A DNA stretch of 64,000 nt. Origin: Candidatus Multivoradales bacterium (lineage in GTDB: Bacteria; Acidobacteriota; Thermoanaerobaculia; Multivoradales; J023). Position 1 is the first letter of the stretch, and every line of letters starts with the position of its first letter. Shown piece by piece: positions 51,807-61,882 of this stretch. A program made the translations under genes and the position numbers. The notes beneath the pieces are model-generated. The model made no database searches, was not told the origin of the DNA, and saw nothing but the letters and a program-made list of their open reading frames with translations. The stretch covers positions 1,408,001-1,472,000 of the forward strand of contig CBDFLE010000005.1 of NCBI GenBank assembly GCA_965248925.1. Direction: 5' to 3'.

Positions 51807-52856
51807 ATGCCTAGCGCGCCACCGCCGCCGATCGATATCGAAGCCGTCCTCCACCTCCCGCCCTCCCTACCCACTGGCAAGTCGCTCGGCCGTTCGCGCC
51901 AAGGCCGGGAGATCTTCGGCTACCACTTCGGCCACGGGCCACGGCACGTCAGCCTGATCGCCGGCTGCCATGCCGACGAGCCGGTGGGGCCAGCAACCCT
52001 CGACCGGCTGGTCGCCCATCTCGCCGCGCTGCCCGCCGACCATCCGGCCCTGGCCGACTACTCCTGGTACCTGGTGCCGCACGTCAACCCGGACGGCGAA
52101 GCCCGCAATGCTGCTTGGAGCAACGCTGGCGACGGCCTCGACGGAGTCTACGACCTCGCCACCTACCTGCGCCAGGTAGTGCGTGAGGCACCGGGCGACG
52201 ATGTCGAGTTTGGCTTCCCCCACACCCCGGACGATCAGGATGCGCGGCCGGAGAACCTGGCGCTGGCCCGCTTTCTGGCTCCCGCCGCCCCTTTCGTGCT
52301 GCACGCTTCGCTGCACGGCATGGCATTCGCCGCCGGGCCCTGGTTTCTGCTCGAGCATTCCTGGGCAGCGCGCAGCGCGGCCATGCGCCACCGCCTGCGA
52401 CAGCAGGTCAAGGAACTGGGCTACGTCACCCACGACATCGACCGCGGTGGCGAGAAGGGCTTTCACCGCATCGATGTCGGTTTCACCTCCCGCCCCGATT
52501 CGGTCGCCATGCGCGCTCACTTCGAAAACCTCGGCGACTCCCGCACCGCTGCCCTGTTCCGTCCCAGCTCGATGGAGTATGTGCGCAGCCTCGGAGGCGA
52601 TCCGCTGACCTTGGTCTCCGAAATGCCTCTCTTCATCCTGCCGGCACGGCATTTCGCTGGCCGCGATCCAATTCGCCCCGCCGCCGTGCAGCAGCTGCTG
52701 CAGTGTGCGGCGGCGAATGACCTGGACGGCCTGCATCGCCACGCCACCGCGGCCGGCTTGCGGGCGATGCCGCTGCTCGACCAGAGTCGCTTGCAACTCG
52801 CCTTCCTCGCCGAAGGTCTGGCGGCGGTAGCGAGTGCGCACTTTGAATGCGCCTGA
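51807..52856 (+). CDS. M14-family zinc carboxypeptidase-like protein
   Basis: LGRSRQGR, AGCHADEP, PHVNPDG, ASLHGM. Confidence 0.8.
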   Translation: MPSAPPPPIDIEAVLHLPPSLPTGKSLGRSRQGREIFGYHFGHGPRHVSLIAGCHADEPVGPATLDRLVAHLAALPADHPALADYSWYLVPHVNPDGEARNAAWSNAGDGLDGVYDLATYLRQVVREAPGDDVEFGFPHTPDDQDARPENLALARFLAPAAPFVLHASLHGMAFAAGPWFLLEHSWAARSAAMRHRLRQQVKELGYVTHDIDRGGEKGFHRIDVGFTSRPDSVAMRAHFENLGDSRTAALFRPSSMEYVRSLGGDPLTLVSEMPLFILPARHFAGRDPIRPAAVQQLLQCAAANDLDGLHRHATAAGLRAMPLLDQSRLQLAFLAEGLAAVASAHFECA

Positions 52857-52957
52857 GACATCGCCATGAATTCTCTTTCAATCAGTGAATTTCTGCTTTA
52901 TAAGAAAAATTAGACCAGACGAAAGAATTTGATTACGCCTTATTACCGTCTTACGCT

Positions 52958-53791
52958 ATGGCTCTGATGAGCCTGCCACTGAGCCTTTCCGAAACCTTCA
53001 ACGGTCAGCTGCAAACCGGTCGCCAGCTGATGGCCAAGAGCCGTCGCCGGCCGCGGCGCGGCGCCTTCTCCACCGCCTCGCCGGCCTTTGACCGGCTGCT
53101 CGCCGGGGGTCTCGAACGGGGTGCTCTGGTGGAACTCGTCGGGCGCGCTTCGAGCGGTCGTTTCTCCCATGTGCTGGCGCTGCTGGCGGCGGTCACCAGC
53201 ACCGGCGAAGGGGCAGCCCTGATCGATCTGGGCGACAGCCTCGATCCCCGCGCCGCCGCTACCGGCGGCATCGACCTGCGGCGCTTGCTGTGGGTCCGCC
53301 CCGAGCATATGAAAACCGCTCTGGCCAGCGCCGAGACGATTCTCGAGAGCGGCCTCCCCCTGCTGGTGATCGACCTCGGCCTGCCACCACTACGCGGCGG
53401 CCGGGGTGCCGAAGCGGCCTGGCTGCGACTCGCCCGGCGAGCCCAGGCGCGGGGGGTGGCGTTGCTGGTGTCGAGCCCTTATCGAGTCAGCGGCACGGCG
53501 GCCCACACGGTCCTCGAAACACGCCGCGAGCGGCTTAATTGGCAAGGCTGGCAAAGCCGCACGTTGCTGCTGAGTGGCTTCGGCAGCCGCATCGAGCGCC
53601 TCAAGGGACCCCGTCTACGCCCCGGCGAGAGTGCCGCTTTCGCTCTGCGAATGGCCGCGTCTCCGACCCCCGCCAGTGCCACCGAGTCGGCCTCGACGGT
53701 CAGCCGTCCCGAGATCGACGGGCGCCGCCGGATCTTGCACTTACCCACCACCCAAGCCCAACCTCCTGCGGCCCACCGGGCCATTGCCTAA
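52958..53791 (+). CDS. imuA: ImuA-like RecA-fold protein
   Basis: DRLLAGGLERGALVEL, degenerate Walker A (GRASSGRF), GIDLRRLLWVRP; upstream of imuB. Confidence 0.75.
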   Translation: MALMSLPLSLSETFNGQLQTGRQLMAKSRRRPRRGAFSTASPAFDRLLAGGLERGALVELVGRASSGRFSHVLALLAAVTSTGEGAALIDLGDSLDPRAAATGGIDLRRLLWVRPEHMKTALASAETILESGLPLLVIDLGLPPLRGGRGAEAAWLRLARRAQARGVALLVSSPYRVSGTAAHTVLETRRERLNWQGWQSRTLLLSGFGSRIERLKGPRLRPGESAAFALRMAASPTPASATESASTVSRPEIDGRRRILHLPTTQAQPPAAHRAIA

Positions 53792-53825
53792 GCCGCGGAC
53801 CCGTGCCATCCACCGTCCCTCCACC

Positions 53826-55370
53826 ATGTCCTCATCACGCATCGCTTGCCTGCGGGTTCCTCTCTTTCCCTTGGCGGCACGATTGCGCAGCGAGCCGGAA
53901 CTCACCCAGCAGGCCCTCGCCGTATTTGCTGGCAACGGCGCCACCGCGCGGGTAGCGGCAGCGACCCGTGACGCCCGGCGTGCCGGCATCCGTCCGGGAC
54001 TCACCCTGTCGCAAGCCCGCGCTCGCCTACCGGGGCTGATCGCCCGAGCCCGCGATCCGGAGTGCGAGCGGGCCGCCCAACAAGCTTTGCTCGACATCGC
54101 CGAAAGTTTCTCCCCGCGGGTCGAAGATCCGGGTGAGGGCCTCGCCTATCTCGACATCACCGGCCTCAATCGCCACTACCCCGGCGACACGCCGGAGCAC
54201 GATCTGGGGCGGGCGCTGATCCTCGCCCTGGAACGGCGCGCCAGCTTGCTCGCCCGGGTGGGCGTGGCGGCCAGCAAGCTGGCGGCGCGGGTCGCTGCCG
54301 GCCAACCTCAATCCCCGGTGGTGATCCCGGGGGGCGAGGAAGCCAGCTTCCTCGCCCCCCTGCCACTGACCCGCCTGACCCCGCAGGCAACCCTGCTGAG
54401 CACCCTCCAAAGCTGGGGAATCCGCTCGGTGGGTGATCTTGCCGGCCTGCCCAAAGACCAAGTTGCCAGCCGCCTGGGCAGTGGCGGACAAGAACTCCAT
54501 GCCATCGCCCGCGGCCTCGATCCCAATCCCTTGGTGCCCCGCCAACCGCCACGGGTGCTGTGCGAAGGTTTGGAACTCGAGTGGCCGCTGGTGCAGGCCG
54601 AACCCTTCTTATTCGTCGCCCGTGCCGCTCTCGAACGACTCAGCGAGCGGCTGCGAGCCAGCGCCCTGGCCTGCCAGCGGCTGGAACTGGTCTGTCAGCT
54701 CGACCCCGAGGGCCACCACCAACGCTCGATCGCCTTGCCGGCGCCAACCCGCGAGGTTAAAACCCTGCTCACCCTGCTGCGGCTGGATCTCGACGCGCAT
54801 CCGCCGCCGGCACCGATCGTCGCCTTCAGCTTGAATGCTCATCCCGACTCACCCCGCCGCGCTCAGCTCAACCTCTTCGGCCCGCCGGCCTTGTCGCCCG
54901 AGCGTCTCGGCAGCACCCTCGCCAGGCTCTTCGCCCTGCTCGGCGACGGCCGTGCCGGCTCCCCCACGACCCACGACAGCCACTGCCCGACCGGCTTCTC
55001 GCTGGTCCCTTTCGATCCCCCACCGCCCCCCGACCGCGAACGCTCTCCCCGCGCCGGTCGCGGCTTGCTGATGGTGCGCGCCCTGCGACCGGCGGTTGAA
55101 CTCGAAGTGCTGGTCCATGGCGGCTCGCCCCAAGCCGCCGGCCGGCCACTCAAACTCGAGGCCATCACTGTCGAGGAGGGCGTCCGCCGGCCACGCATCG
55201 TCGGCGCGGTGCGAGTCGCCTCCGGACCTTGGGCCTTGGAGGAGGGCTGGTGGTCGGAAGAGCCCGTCGAGCGCGACTACTGGGACGTCGAACTCGCCAC
55301 CGGTGGTCTCTACCGCATCTTCCGCGACCGCAGCACCGGCGACTGGTTCGCCGACGGCGTGTACGACTGA
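53826..55370 (+). CDS. imuB: ImuB-like inactive Y-family polymerase
   Basis: AGIRPGLTLSQARA, FSPRVE, AYLDI; lacks catalytic acidic motifs; C-terminal GPW..GWW..RDYW. Confidence 0.82.
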   Translation: MSSSRIACLRVPLFPLAARLRSEPELTQQALAVFAGNGATARVAAATRDARRAGIRPGLTLSQARARLPGLIARARDPECERAAQQALLDIAESFSPRVEDPGEGLAYLDITGLNRHYPGDTPEHDLGRALILALERRASLLARVGVAASKLAARVAAGQPQSPVVIPGGEEASFLAPLPLTRLTPQATLLSTLQSWGIRSVGDLAGLPKDQVASRLGSGGQELHAIARGLDPNPLVPRQPPRVLCEGLELEWPLVQAEPFLFVARAALERLSERLRASALACQRLELVCQLDPEGHHQRSIALPAPTREVKTLLTLLRLDLDAHPPPAPIVAFSLNAHPDSPRRAQLNLFGPPALSPERLGSTLARLFALLGDGRAGSPTTHDSHCPTGFSLVPFDPPPPPDRERSPRAGRGLLMVRALRPAVELEVLVHGGSPQAAGRPLKLEAITVEEGVRRPRIVGAVRVASGPWALEEGWWSEEPVERDYWDVELATGGLYRIFRDRSTGDWFADGVYD

Positions 55371-55413
55371 GCCCATCGGTTGCACTTTGGCCACCGCCGG
55401 TGTCCAAAGAAGC

Positions 55414-56307
55414 ATGAGGCACCGAATCTTCCCCCTGCGCTGGCCCCGCGACCCCCGGCTCTACCAAATCGGCATCTTGTCGAGCTTGCTGCTCTACGGC
55501 CTTATTGGCCTCGATCTAGAGATCCGACCGGAGATTGCCACGACCTTGCTGATGACCGCCCTCACCAGCCAATGGCTGGCTACTCAGCTGTGGCGCCTGC
55601 CCCGCTTCGATCCGCGCAGCGCGCTGATCACCGGCCTGTCGCTGGCGCTTTTGCTGCGCACCCAGAGCCCCCTGCTGGCGCTGCTGGCGGCGAGCCTGGC
55701 GGTGCTCAGCAAGTTTGTGATCAGGGCGCGCGGCAAGCACATCTTCAATCCCGCCAACTTCGGCTTGGTGACGCTGGCACTGCTGACTAGCTGGCTCGAT
55801 CTCGAGCGGGTCTGGGCTTCGCCCGGACAGTGGGGGTCAGCGGCCTGGACGGTGCTGCTGATCGCCGGTCTGGGCATGGTGGTGGTGCGCCGCGCCGAGC
55901 GTAGCGACATCACCTGGGGGCTGCTCGGTGCCTGGGCGGCAGTGCTCTTCGGCCGCGCTCTGTGGCTCGGCGATCCGTGGGCGATCCCGCTCAAGCAGCT
56001 GGGTAGCGGTGCCTTCCTGATTTTCGCCTTCTTGATGATCTCCGACCCCAAGACCACTCCCGACCGGCGCTCCGGCCGGCTGCTCTACGCCGCCCTGGTG
56101 GCAGTAGTTGCCGGGTGGATCGAATTCTCTCTCTATCGACCGAACGGCCTGCTACTAGCTCTCTACTGCTGCGCGCCGCTGGTACCGCTACTGGACCTGC
56201 TGTGGCGCGGTGTCGCCTATCGCTGGCCGTCAACCAATAACCACCCACCAACCCTCCCCATCTCCGCGGCCGGCCGCCGGCTGCTCGAAGGAGCTGAACA
56301 TGTCTAG
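55414..56307 (+). CDS. RnfD/NqrB-like membrane protein (stand-alone)
   Basis: DPRLYQI, SALITGLSL, KHIFNPANFG, FLMISDPKTTP. Confidence 0.75.
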   Translation: MRHRIFPLRWPRDPRLYQIGILSSLLLYGLIGLDLEIRPEIATTLLMTALTSQWLATQLWRLPRFDPRSALITGLSLALLLRTQSPLLALLAASLAVLSKFVIRARGKHIFNPANFGLVTLALLTSWLDLERVWASPGQWGSAAWTVLLIAGLGMVVVRRAERSDITWGLLGAWAAVLFGRALWLGDPWAIPLKQLGSGAFLIFAFLMISDPKTTPDRRSGRLLYAALVAVVAGWIEFSLYRPNGLLLALYCCAPLVPLLDLLWRGVAYRWPSTNNHPPTLPISAAGRRLLEGAEHV

Positions 56308-57658
56308 AACGATCCGCAACTTACTCGCCCCCGCCCTGCTGCTGGCCTGCGCCCCCGCTCTCTACGGTTTCTGTGGCTTCTACGTCGCCAAAGCCGATAC
56401 CGGGCTGTTCAATCAAGCCTCGAAGGTGGTGCTGGTGCGCGATGGCCAGCGCACGGTGATGACCATGGCCAATGACTTCCAAGGCGAGCCAGATGAGTTC
56501 GCCATCGTCATCCCGGTGCCGACCTTCCTCGAACGGGAGCAGATCCACGTCGGCGAGCGCGCGGTCATCGACCACCTGGACGCCTACACCGCCCCCCGGC
56601 TGGTGGAATACTTCGACCCCGACCCCTGCCGGCGGGTGCTCTACGAACAGCTCAGGCGCAGCAGCAAAGCTATGCCCGCGGCCGGAGTAGCCCGCCAAGA
56701 CGCCGCCGCCCGCAGCCTGGGGGTGACCATCGAAGCGCGTTACTCAGTGGGTGAGTACGACATCTTGATCCTCTCCGCCAAGGAGAGCAACGGCCTGGTG
56801 CGCTGGCTTGAAGGCAGTGGCTACCGGCTGCCCCAGGGCGCCGAGCGGGTGGTGTCGAGCTATCTCAAGCAAGACATGCGTTTCTTCGTCGCCAAGGTCA
56901 ATCTAGAGCAGCAGGAGCGCCTCGGCTACCGCTTCTTGCGACCCCTGCAGGTGGCCTATGAGTCGCCCCGCTTCATGCTGCCGATCCGCCTCGGCACCCT
57001 CAACGCCCGTGGTGAGCAGGAGCTCTTTGTTTTCGCCCTGACCCGCACCGGACGGGTCGAGACGGTCAACTACCGCACCGTCAAATTGCCTACCGGCATG
57101 GATATTCCACCCTTCGTCAAGAGTAAGTTCGGCTCTTTCTACAAAGATATGTTCGCCCAGCAGGTGGCCGAGCAGCGCAATGCGGTATTTCTCGAATACG
57201 CCTGGGACATGGCCTGGTGCGATCCCTGCGCGGCCGAGCCGCTGAGCCGCCAGGAACTCGCTGAACTCGGCGTCTTCTGGCTCGGCAATCCCCTGACCTC
57301 AACCCGCCGGCCCGACATCGTGCCGCAGCCACGGCCGCAGAACGTCTTCGTCACCCGGCTTCATCTGCGTTACACCGGCGACACTTTCCCCGAGGATCTA
57401 CGTTTCCAAGAGACCGGCGACCGCACCAATTTTCAGGGCCGCTACGTGCTACGCCAACCGTTCAAAGGCGCCGCCAGCTGCAGTGCCGCGGGCAGCTATT
57501 TCCAGCAAGTTGCCGAGCGCCAGACCCGTGAGGCCGAGACCCTGGCCAACCTCACTGGCTGGGACCTGGCCAAGATCCACCTCAAGCTCGATCTGCCTCG
57601 GCCGACACCAGTCGATAGCGGCGAATCGTGGTGGAAGAGGCTGTGGCCGGGGAATTAG
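56300..57658 (+). CDS. DUF2330 domain secreted protein
   Basis: Signal peptide then FCGFYV; TAPRLVEYFDPDPC, EYAWD..WCDPC, FVTRLH, FQGRY. Confidence 0.8.
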   Translation: MSRTIRNLLAPALLLACAPALYGFCGFYVAKADTGLFNQASKVVLVRDGQRTVMTMANDFQGEPDEFAIVIPVPTFLEREQIHVGERAVIDHLDAYTAPRLVEYFDPDPCRRVLYEQLRRSSKAMPAAGVARQDAAARSLGVTIEARYSVGEYDILILSAKESNGLVRWLEGSGYRLPQGAERVVSSYLKQDMRFFVAKVNLEQQERLGYRFLRPLQVAYESPRFMLPIRLGTLNARGEQELFVFALTRTGRVETVNYRTVKLPTGMDIPPFVKSKFGSFYKDMFAQQVAEQRNAVFLEYAWDMAWCDPCAAEPLSRQELAELGVFWLGNPLTSTRRPDIVPQPRPQNVFVTRLHLRYTGDTFPEDLRFQETGDRTNFQGRYVLRQPFKGAASCSAAGSYFQQVAERQTREAETLANLTGWDLAKIHLKLDLPRPTPVDSGESWWKRLWPGN

Positions 57659-57665
57659 GTCGGGC

Positions 57666-58874
57666 TCAACCCCACTCGCGAGGATCGAGCAACATGGGCA
57701 GCGGAGTTAGATTCTCGAGCCCGTCTGGGCCCAGGTGGTAGAGGTTCTCCAGCCGCACCGCCCAGCCGGCCTCGGGCTCGTAGAGGCCCGGTTCCAAGGT
57801 AAAGACATCGCCAACCTCCAACTGGCCACTGGCCCCCTCGGCTTCACGACGAAAGCTGGGCAACTCGTGAACCTCGAAACCAACTCCGTGCCCCAGGCCG
57901 TGGACGTAGCCACGGGTGGCTCCGGGGTCGCTGAGCGGCGTCGGGTGACCAGCGACGGCGAAGTGAGCGCAAACCGCCTCTTGCAGCTGCCAACAATCGG
58001 CCTGCTCGACCGCCAGGCTCTCGGCCAGCTCGATCGCCGCCCGCACCGAACGGTAACCGGCAGCGAGTTCTGCCGAGGGTTCCCCGACGCAGAAGGTGCG
58101 GGTGCAATCGGCATACATCGATCCGCGGGGAAATAAATCGACCACCAGAGACTCGCCCGCCCGCAGCAGGCGCTGGTCACTGCCGGTGTTGTGCGGCACG
58201 GCGCCTTCTTCGGCCGCCGCCAGCAAGCTGCCGTGCGGCTGCTCCAGACCGGCCGCGGCAAGCACCATCGCCACCGCCCCACGCAAGCGGCCAACACTGA
58301 GGGGTCGGCCCTCTAGATGCAGCTCACCCCTTACGGTTTCGGCGGCCGCCAACAGCTCGGCGACCATCTCGAAAGCCTTCATCGTGCCAGCCGCGGTACG
58401 CTGGATCTCGGCCAGCGCCGCGGGCGATTTTCGCTTTCCCAACCGCGCCACCAACTCGGCGCCGGGCGCAAAGTGCCAACCGTGTTGCTCCAGGCGGAGA
58501 CAAGCGGCGTGCAAATCGCCAGCGTCGGCATGGCCGGCCAGCGCCAACCGCCCCGGCCCCAAACCGGCGAGGCGAAATGCCTGGGCGAGCACATCGGCCC
58601 ACAGCTCATCCTCGCCCGACGCCTGGCGCGCCCAGCGGACCACGTCGAGTGCTTCGGGAGAGAGCAGGTCGAGCCCGGTGGAGGCCGCTTCTTGGCGCTC
58701 CATCGGACTCCAATAGGCGAGTAGCGGCGGGCGGGCGGACGCCGCCAAAACAAAACAAGTGCCGAGATGAGCGCTGCCGACAAAGGGTGCGATCAGCGGG
58801 TCGCGGCCGCTGCCGGCCACCACCAGCAAGGCGTCTAACGAGCGCTCGGCGAGCAACTCGTCCAGGCCAGTCAT
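57666..58874 (-). CDS. M24 Xaa-Pro peptidase family protein
   Basis: ADCTRTF, HGLGHGVGFEVHE, TLEPGLY, VRLEN. Confidence 0.88.
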   Translation of the reverse strand: MTGLDELLAERSLDALLVVAGSGRDPLIAPFVGSAHLGTCFVLAASARPPLLAYWSPMERQEAASTGLDLLSPEALDVVRWARQASGEDELWADVLAQAFRLAGLGPGRLALAGHADAGDLHAACLRLEQHGWHFAPGAELVARLGKRKSPAALAEIQRTAAGTMKAFEMVAELLAAAETVRGELHLEGRPLSVGRLRGAVAMVLAAAGLEQPHGSLLAAAEEGAVPHNTGSDQRLLRAGESLVVDLFPRGSMYADCTRTFCVGEPSAELAAGYRSVRAAIELAESLAVEQADCWQLQEAVCAHFAVAGHPTPLSDPGATRGYVHGLGHGVGFEVHELPSFRREAEGASGQLEVGDVFTLEPGLYEPEAGWAVRLENLYHLGPDGLENLTPLPMLLDPREWG

Positions 58875-58891
58875 CGGTTCTATGCTTCTCT

Positions 58892-59227
58892 TCAGGCGTT
58901 GCGTTCGATGAACTGCTCGAAAGTGCTTTTCGGCATCGCGCCCATCATCCGATCCTTGGCTTCGCCGCCCTTGAAGAGGATGAAAGTGGGGATGCTGGAG
59001 ACCTTGAACTGCACCGCTAGATCCTGATTGTCGTCGACATTCACTTTGGCGATCCGCACCTTGCCACCCATCTCGTCGGCGATCTCCTCGAGAACCGGCG
59101 CCACCATCCGGCAAGGGCCGCACCAGGAGGCCCAGAAATCCACCAAGACCGGAGTCTCGGAGTTGACTACTTCGTCTTGGAAATTCGCTCCGGTCAGTTC
59201 CACGATTTTCTCGCTGGCCATCTTCAT
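58892..59227 (-). CDS. trxA: Thioredoxin
   Basis: VDFWASWCGPC; ATG 59227 after GAAGGAG. Confidence 0.95.
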   Translation of the reverse strand: MKMASEKIVELTGANFQDEVVNSETPVLVDFWASWCGPCRMVAPVLEEIADEMGGKVRIAKVNVDDNQDLAVQFKVSSIPTFILFKGGEAKDRMMGAMPKSTFEQFIERNA

Positions 59228-59309
59228 GCTCCTTCGCGGGCAGTATGTCGTCCGGGAGTTGCCCGGTTTCTCTGTAGGTTTCGTCTTTGACGGAAGCCAG
59301 ACGGGGCGC

Positions 59310-60284
59310 TCAATCGGCGGTTTCGTCGTCTTCCTGCAACTGTAAACGTCGGCGAGCGGCAAAGTATTCTCGGGTGGCCTCGACATCGCGACTTATTTGC
59401 GCCGAGAGATCCATAACGGTGGCGAACATTTTCTCCTCCCGCAGCCTTTTGTGGAAGGACACTTCGACCTCTTCGCCATAGACATCGGCGCTGAATCCAA
59501 GAATGTGGCTCTCCACCACGCGCTGGTAGTTTTCGTACACCGTCGGCCGCGTGCCGACGTTGGTCACGCAGTCGAAGGTGGCCGGGAACGACGGAAAATG
59601 AGCCTGTCCGGCATAGACCCCGTCGCCGGGCACCAGCTCGTTCTTGGGCTCCAGATTGATCGTCGGCCAACCCAGCCGCATGCCCATGCGATCGCCACGA
59701 GCAACTTTGCCGCGCAGGGAATAAGCACGGCCGAGTAGCTCCATCGCCAGATCCATCTGCCCTTCGATAACCAATCGTCGAATCCGCGTGCTGGAAATCA
59801 CCTCGCCATGGCAACTCAGCTCCTCGACCCCAAAGGCAGCAAAACCAAGCTCGCCACCAAGCTCGCTGAGCAGCTCTAGATCGCCCTCACGTCCATGGCC
59901 GAAAACAAAATCGGAGCCGACGTAGAGTTCCTTGATCGCCAACTTCTGATGCAGGAAGTCGGTGATGAATCGCCGCGCCGGAGTACACGCTACTTCGTTG
60001 TTGAAACGCACTAGCAAGAAGGCATCGAGGCCAATCTCGGCGAGCTGCTGCTCACGCTGAGCCGCGGTGGTCAGCAGCCCTGGCGCCGATTCCGGACGCA
60101 GCACACTCAGCGGGTGGGGGTCGAAGCTGATCGCGATCGCCTCGACCCCCAGCTCGGCAGCGCGCTCGACAACCTTGCCGAGCACCGCCTGCTGACCGCG
60201 GTGCAGGCCGTCATAGTTGCCGATCGTCGCCACCGCTCCGTAAGGCAGATCGGCGCTGCGCAGCGCATCGTGGATAATTTGCAT
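59310..60284 (-). CDS. ribF: Riboflavin kinase / FAD synthetase
   Basis: IGNYDGLHRGQ, ISSTRIR, GWPTIN, NVGTRPT. Confidence 0.95.
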   Translation of the reverse strand: MQIIHDALRSADLPYGAVATIGNYDGLHRGQQAVLGKVVERAAELGVEAIAISFDPHPLSVLRPESAPGLLTTAAQREQQLAEIGLDAFLLVRFNNEVACTPARRFITDFLHQKLAIKELYVGSDFVFGHGREGDLELLSELGGELGFAAFGVEELSCHGEVISSTRIRRLVIEGQMDLAMELLGRAYSLRGKVARGDRMGMRLGWPTINLEPKNELVPGDGVYAGQAHFPSFPATFDCVTNVGTRPTVYENYQRVVESHILGFSADVYGEEVEVSFHKRLREEKMFATVMDLSAQISRDVEATREYFAARRRLQLQEDDETAD

Positions 60285-60320
60285 GGCTTGGTCGAGGGTC
60301 GAGAGAAGTCGTGATGAAAG

Positions 60321-61748
60321 CTAGCGGACACCTTCGAGATCGTAGGCGAGCTCGACCCCTGGGCTGGCCACGGGTCCCACCACCCGGCCGATCACATCGT
60401 CAGCATAGGCTTCGGTAATTTCGATCTCGGCAAAGCTGCCGGCGGGCGCCATGCCGTCGTTGATCAACACCCGACCGTCGATCTCCGGCGCCAGACCATG
60501 GTGCCGGCCCTGCAAAAGATGCTCGGTTTCCTCGCAGACCCCTTCGACCAGCACCTGCAGACGCCGTCCGACCAAGGCTTGGCGACGCTGCAGGGAGATC
60601 GGCCGCTGACTCTCCAGCAGCCTCTGCCAGCGCCGCTGCGCCTTGCCAGCAGGAATCCGCCCAGCGAACTCGGCCGAGGGCGTGCCATCTTCCGGGCTGT
60701 AGACAAAGGCCCCCAGGTGGTCGAGTTGGGCCCGTTCGACAAAATCGAGCAGGTGTTGAAAATGGGCGTCTGTCTCGCCCGGAAAACCAACGATGAAGGT
60801 GCTGCGCAGGAAGATGTCCGGCGCCAACTCCCGAGCCCGCTCGAGCTGGCGCAAGTAGCGCTCGGCGCGGCCACCACGGCGCATCGACTTCAGCATCTGC
60901 GGATGGCTGTGCTGCAATGGCATGTCGATGTAGGAGCAGAAGCGCGGTTCCTGGCCCATCAAGCGCAGCAAGCCCTCATCGAGGGTTGTGGGATAGGCAT
61001 ACAGGAAACGGATCCAGGGAAGCTCGGTGGCGGCCAGTAGAGCCTCCACCAGGCGCAGTAGACCATGCTTGCCATAGCCCAGATCCTCACCATAGCGGGT
61101 GGTGTCCTGGGCGATCAGGCAAAGTTCCTGCAAGCCACCGGCGGCAAGCTGCTGCGCTTCTTCGACCAGGCTAGGGATAGTGCGACTGCGGAAACGGCCG
61201 CGCCAGCTGGGAATAGCGCAGAAAGTGCAGGGGTTATTGCAGCCCTCGGCGACTTTCAAATAGCCGTAGCCCTGGGTGGTCAGCAGCCGCGGGGCGGCGT
61301 GGTCGAACACCAGGTGAGCGGGCGACGGCGCTGGCGCGGCGCCAGCGCCCAATTGCACCAGTCCACCGCCGCTGGTGGGCGCGGCTTCGACTCGTGCACC
61401 GATCTGATCGAGATCGTCAAGACCGATGAAACCATCGATCTCAGGGATCTCGCTACTCATCTCGAGACCGTATTTGTTGACCATGCAGCCAGCGACCAAC
61501 AAGCGGTTGACCCCGGCCCCTTTTTTCGCCGCCACTTCGAGAATGGTGTCGATCGACTCTTCTTTGGCCTGATCGATGAAGCCGCAGGTGTTGACGATCA
61601 CGGTCTCGGCTTGGTCGAGGTCGGTCACCACCTGATGACCGCGCCGAGCCAGCTCGCCGAGCATGATTTCGCTGTCGACCCGGTTCTTCGGGCAACCCAG
61701 GCTGATTAATCCGACCCGCTGTGGGTGTTGCTTGGCTTCACGGCTCAT
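60321..61748 (-). CDS. rimO: Ribosomal protein S12 methylthiotransferase
   Basis: SLGCPKNRVDSE, NTCGFI, EGCNNPCTFCAIP, APEIDG. Confidence 0.93.
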   Translation of the reverse strand: MSREAKQHPQRVGLISLGCPKNRVDSEIMLGELARRGHQVVTDLDQAETVIVNTCGFIDQAKEESIDTILEVAAKKGAGVNRLLVAGCMVNKYGLEMSSEIPEIDGFIGLDDLDQIGARVEAAPTSGGGLVQLGAGAAPAPSPAHLVFDHAAPRLLTTQGYGYLKVAEGCNNPCTFCAIPSWRGRFRSRTIPSLVEEAQQLAAGGLQELCLIAQDTTRYGEDLGYGKHGLLRLVEALLAATELPWIRFLYAYPTTLDEGLLRLMGQEPRFCSYIDMPLQHSHPQMLKSMRRGGRAERYLRQLERARELAPDIFLRSTFIVGFPGETDAHFQHLLDFVERAQLDHLGAFVYSPEDGTPSAEFAGRIPAGKAQRRWQRLLESQRPISLQRRQALVGRRLQVLVEGVCEETEHLLQGRHHGLAPEIDGRVLINDGMAPAGSFAEIEITEAYADDVIGRVVGPVASPGVELAYDLEGVR

Positions 61749-61882
61749 CGGCGCGGGAGCATAGCAGAGAAGCTGCTGGCGGCAGCTGTGGCTATAATAT
61801 GTCTCGGCTTGCCGCCGTACCCAAAAACCGTTAACCACCAGCGCTCACAGCTACCCCGGACCACATCCTCCACGAGGTAATA

